Source: Nemertoderma westbladi (lineage: Eukaryota; Animalia; Xenacoelomorpha). From it: DNA of 49,493 nt. The translations under genes were made by a program, and so were the position numbers. The notes beneath the pieces were generated by a model. It was not told the origin of the DNA. It saw only the letters and a list, made by a program, of their open reading frames with translations, and ran no database searches. The stretch is taken from positions 1-49,493 of the forward strand of contig JAUCBJ010000793.1 of NCBI GenBank assembly GCA_032718475.1. Reading direction: 5' to 3'. Of this stretch, positions 47,952 through 49,493 are shown one piece after another. Position 1 is the first letter of the stretch; each line of letters opens with the position of its first letter.

Positions 47952-48605
47952 TGTAAGCGGATTCAATTCCCTGCACTACCCAGCGGAAAATGGGCGAAGT
48001 GGCTTTTTACCAATTACAGTTGGGAAGGTGACATTACCAATATAATGTCACCTAATAACCAACTCAGGCAACACACACTGCCAGCCACGTATAGAGTTGA
48101 GAGGCCATAAGCCATCTCAGGGGACAAAGGGGCTAGCAATTGGGGACAGTGGCAACAGGGAGTGGCGAGATGGAAATTAATTAGGTTAGCCAATGATGGG
48201 AGGGGAAAACAGGTGATTGGAACTCATCTATTGGCCAGGCCGCTCAGTACAGTAGGAGTAACTAATATGTGTTAGCAATATAATCATTGTACTTGTTGAT
48301 TATGATTCAGTTGGTATCTGTAGAGTTGTGAGACCGGAACGGTTTTTAACCGTCGTCATTACCGTGCTATTCGAAGATATTCCGTGATATTCTGACTGTG
48401 CTATTATTATGTTCTGAAATTATAACAACTGACACTAAAAACTCAGTTATTCCAACGGCCTTCGGCCTCAATATTCAGACTACAGCCTTTCAGCAGCCTA
48501 CGGACGCGGCGACGCATATAGTACCAAACAACACACCAGTCGGGGTTTAGAAACCAACTACTGGATCCCGTCACTCAAACAATATAAATTCAAATTTCAT
48601 CTACA
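47952..48605 (+). repeat. Putative 3' LTR (about 654 bp)
   Basis: TGTA start directly after the PPT, CCAAT/ATTGG motifs, AATATAAA near 48581, TACA end. No partner LTR in the window. Confidence 0.6.
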
Positions 48606-49075
48606 AACGCAACCACAAAAATTCATTACTAACAACACCATTAGGTATTAATAAGTTAACTATTTCCTTTATAAAATACCAAAAACATAAAATGATACCA
48701 CTAATATTAATTAAAACACCACTAACCGACACTGCAAAATATTTGGCCACGCTATAGTGACGCCACTTACCGGTAGCACACTACAGCATTTCTGCTGCAC
48801 TGCTTATGCAAGCAGTGAAATTGCGCTTTACATCACTTTTTTTCAGTTGCTGTCAATTTGCGCAACAGCTAGGAATGAGTAGGCTCTAGATTTATTGATG
48901 ATATACCCATTGCCTTCTAAAATCACACAAAACATTTACTATATAGGCTACTTCCATAAAGGCAGATCTTCCTGGACTATTGGCTAATGGTTGATACACA
49001 TCCATGAATATAATAATCCATAAGATGAAGTGAAGTAAAGTTATCGGATAACGTGAAATTCAAAACACCATCGGG

Positions 49076-49378
49076 GGCAACTCGAAGGCTCATCTCCCTC
49101 GGCAACTCGAAGGCTCATCTCCCTTGCCAACTCGAAGGCTCATCTCCCTCGGCAACGCGAAGGCTCATCTCCCTTGGCAACGAGAAGGCTCATCTCCCTT
49201 GGCAACTCGAAGGCTCATCTCCCTTGGCAACGAGAAGGCTCATCTCCCTTGCCAGCTCGAAGGCTCATCTCCCTTGCCAACTCGAAGGCTCATCTCCCTT
49301 GGCAACTCGAAGGCTCATCTCCCTCGGCAACGCGAAGGCTCATCTCCCTTGGCAACGAGAAGGCTCATCTCCCTTGGC
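49076..49378. repeat. 25-bp minisatellite, 12 copies
   Basis: GGCAACTCGAAGGCTCATCTCCCT(C/T) with point variants and no spacers. Confidence 0.96.
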
Positions 49379-49493
49379 TGTAAGTACTTAAACTCCCAAG
49401 GTCTAATACTCTCACTATCCAAGCATTTTCATTACTCCCCCAGATTATTCCAAGTTCCCATTACAGCTGGGGGGCTAGAGCTAGTTCAGAGTA

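Larger units (their letters stand above)
45700..48605 (+). mobile_element. 3' portion of an LTR retrotransposon carrying degenerate extra ORF(s)
   Basis: Purine- and GC-rich coding-like region followed by PPT GGGGGGGAG (47943-47951) and a TGTA...TACA segment. No pol motifs seen. 5' boundary approximate. Confidence 0.6.

Noticed and set aside
49076-49378. CRISPR-like array
   Set aside because: Repeats are contiguous with no unique spacers, there are no cas genes, and the context is eukaryotic.
49053-49391. ORFs 49053..49391 and 49174..49383
   Set aside because: By-products of the stop-free minisatellite.

Overview
AT-rich animal (probably invertebrate) genomic DNA made almost entirely of nested transposable elements. 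No intact host gene, rRNA, tRNA or CRISPR array is recognisable. Left to right: (1) a very large BEL/Pao LTR retrotransposon on the minus strand (>11.7 kb, running off the left edge; several stops and frameshifts; about 800 aa coiled-coil N-terminal Gag extension; long leader with repeated hairpins); (2) a duplicated block (11780-15190) that is a LINE-LINE recombination deletion derivative of 32110-45010; (3) the 3' half of a Copia element; (4) two inverted AcademX-like remnants, the left one carrying two MITEs; (5) a complete young BEL/Pao element with identical 275-bp LTRs and a CATTT TSD but a broken ORF; (6) a GC-rich CRE-like non-LTR element with an RLE endonuclease; (7) a full-length degenerate RTE-type LINE with TSD; (8) a non-autonomous CACTA/EnSpm-like element; (9) a piggyBac-like end and L2/CR1 and RTE fragments; (10) the 3' part of an LTR element carrying an unexplained double zinc-knuckle ORF; (11) a 25-bp minisatellite. 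Family names come from motif recognition by eye, not from database searches. I cannot demonstrate a new biological system. The best candidates are the extra zinc-knuckle ORF, the giant BEL Gag and its leader, and a 16-mer shared by unrelated elements.
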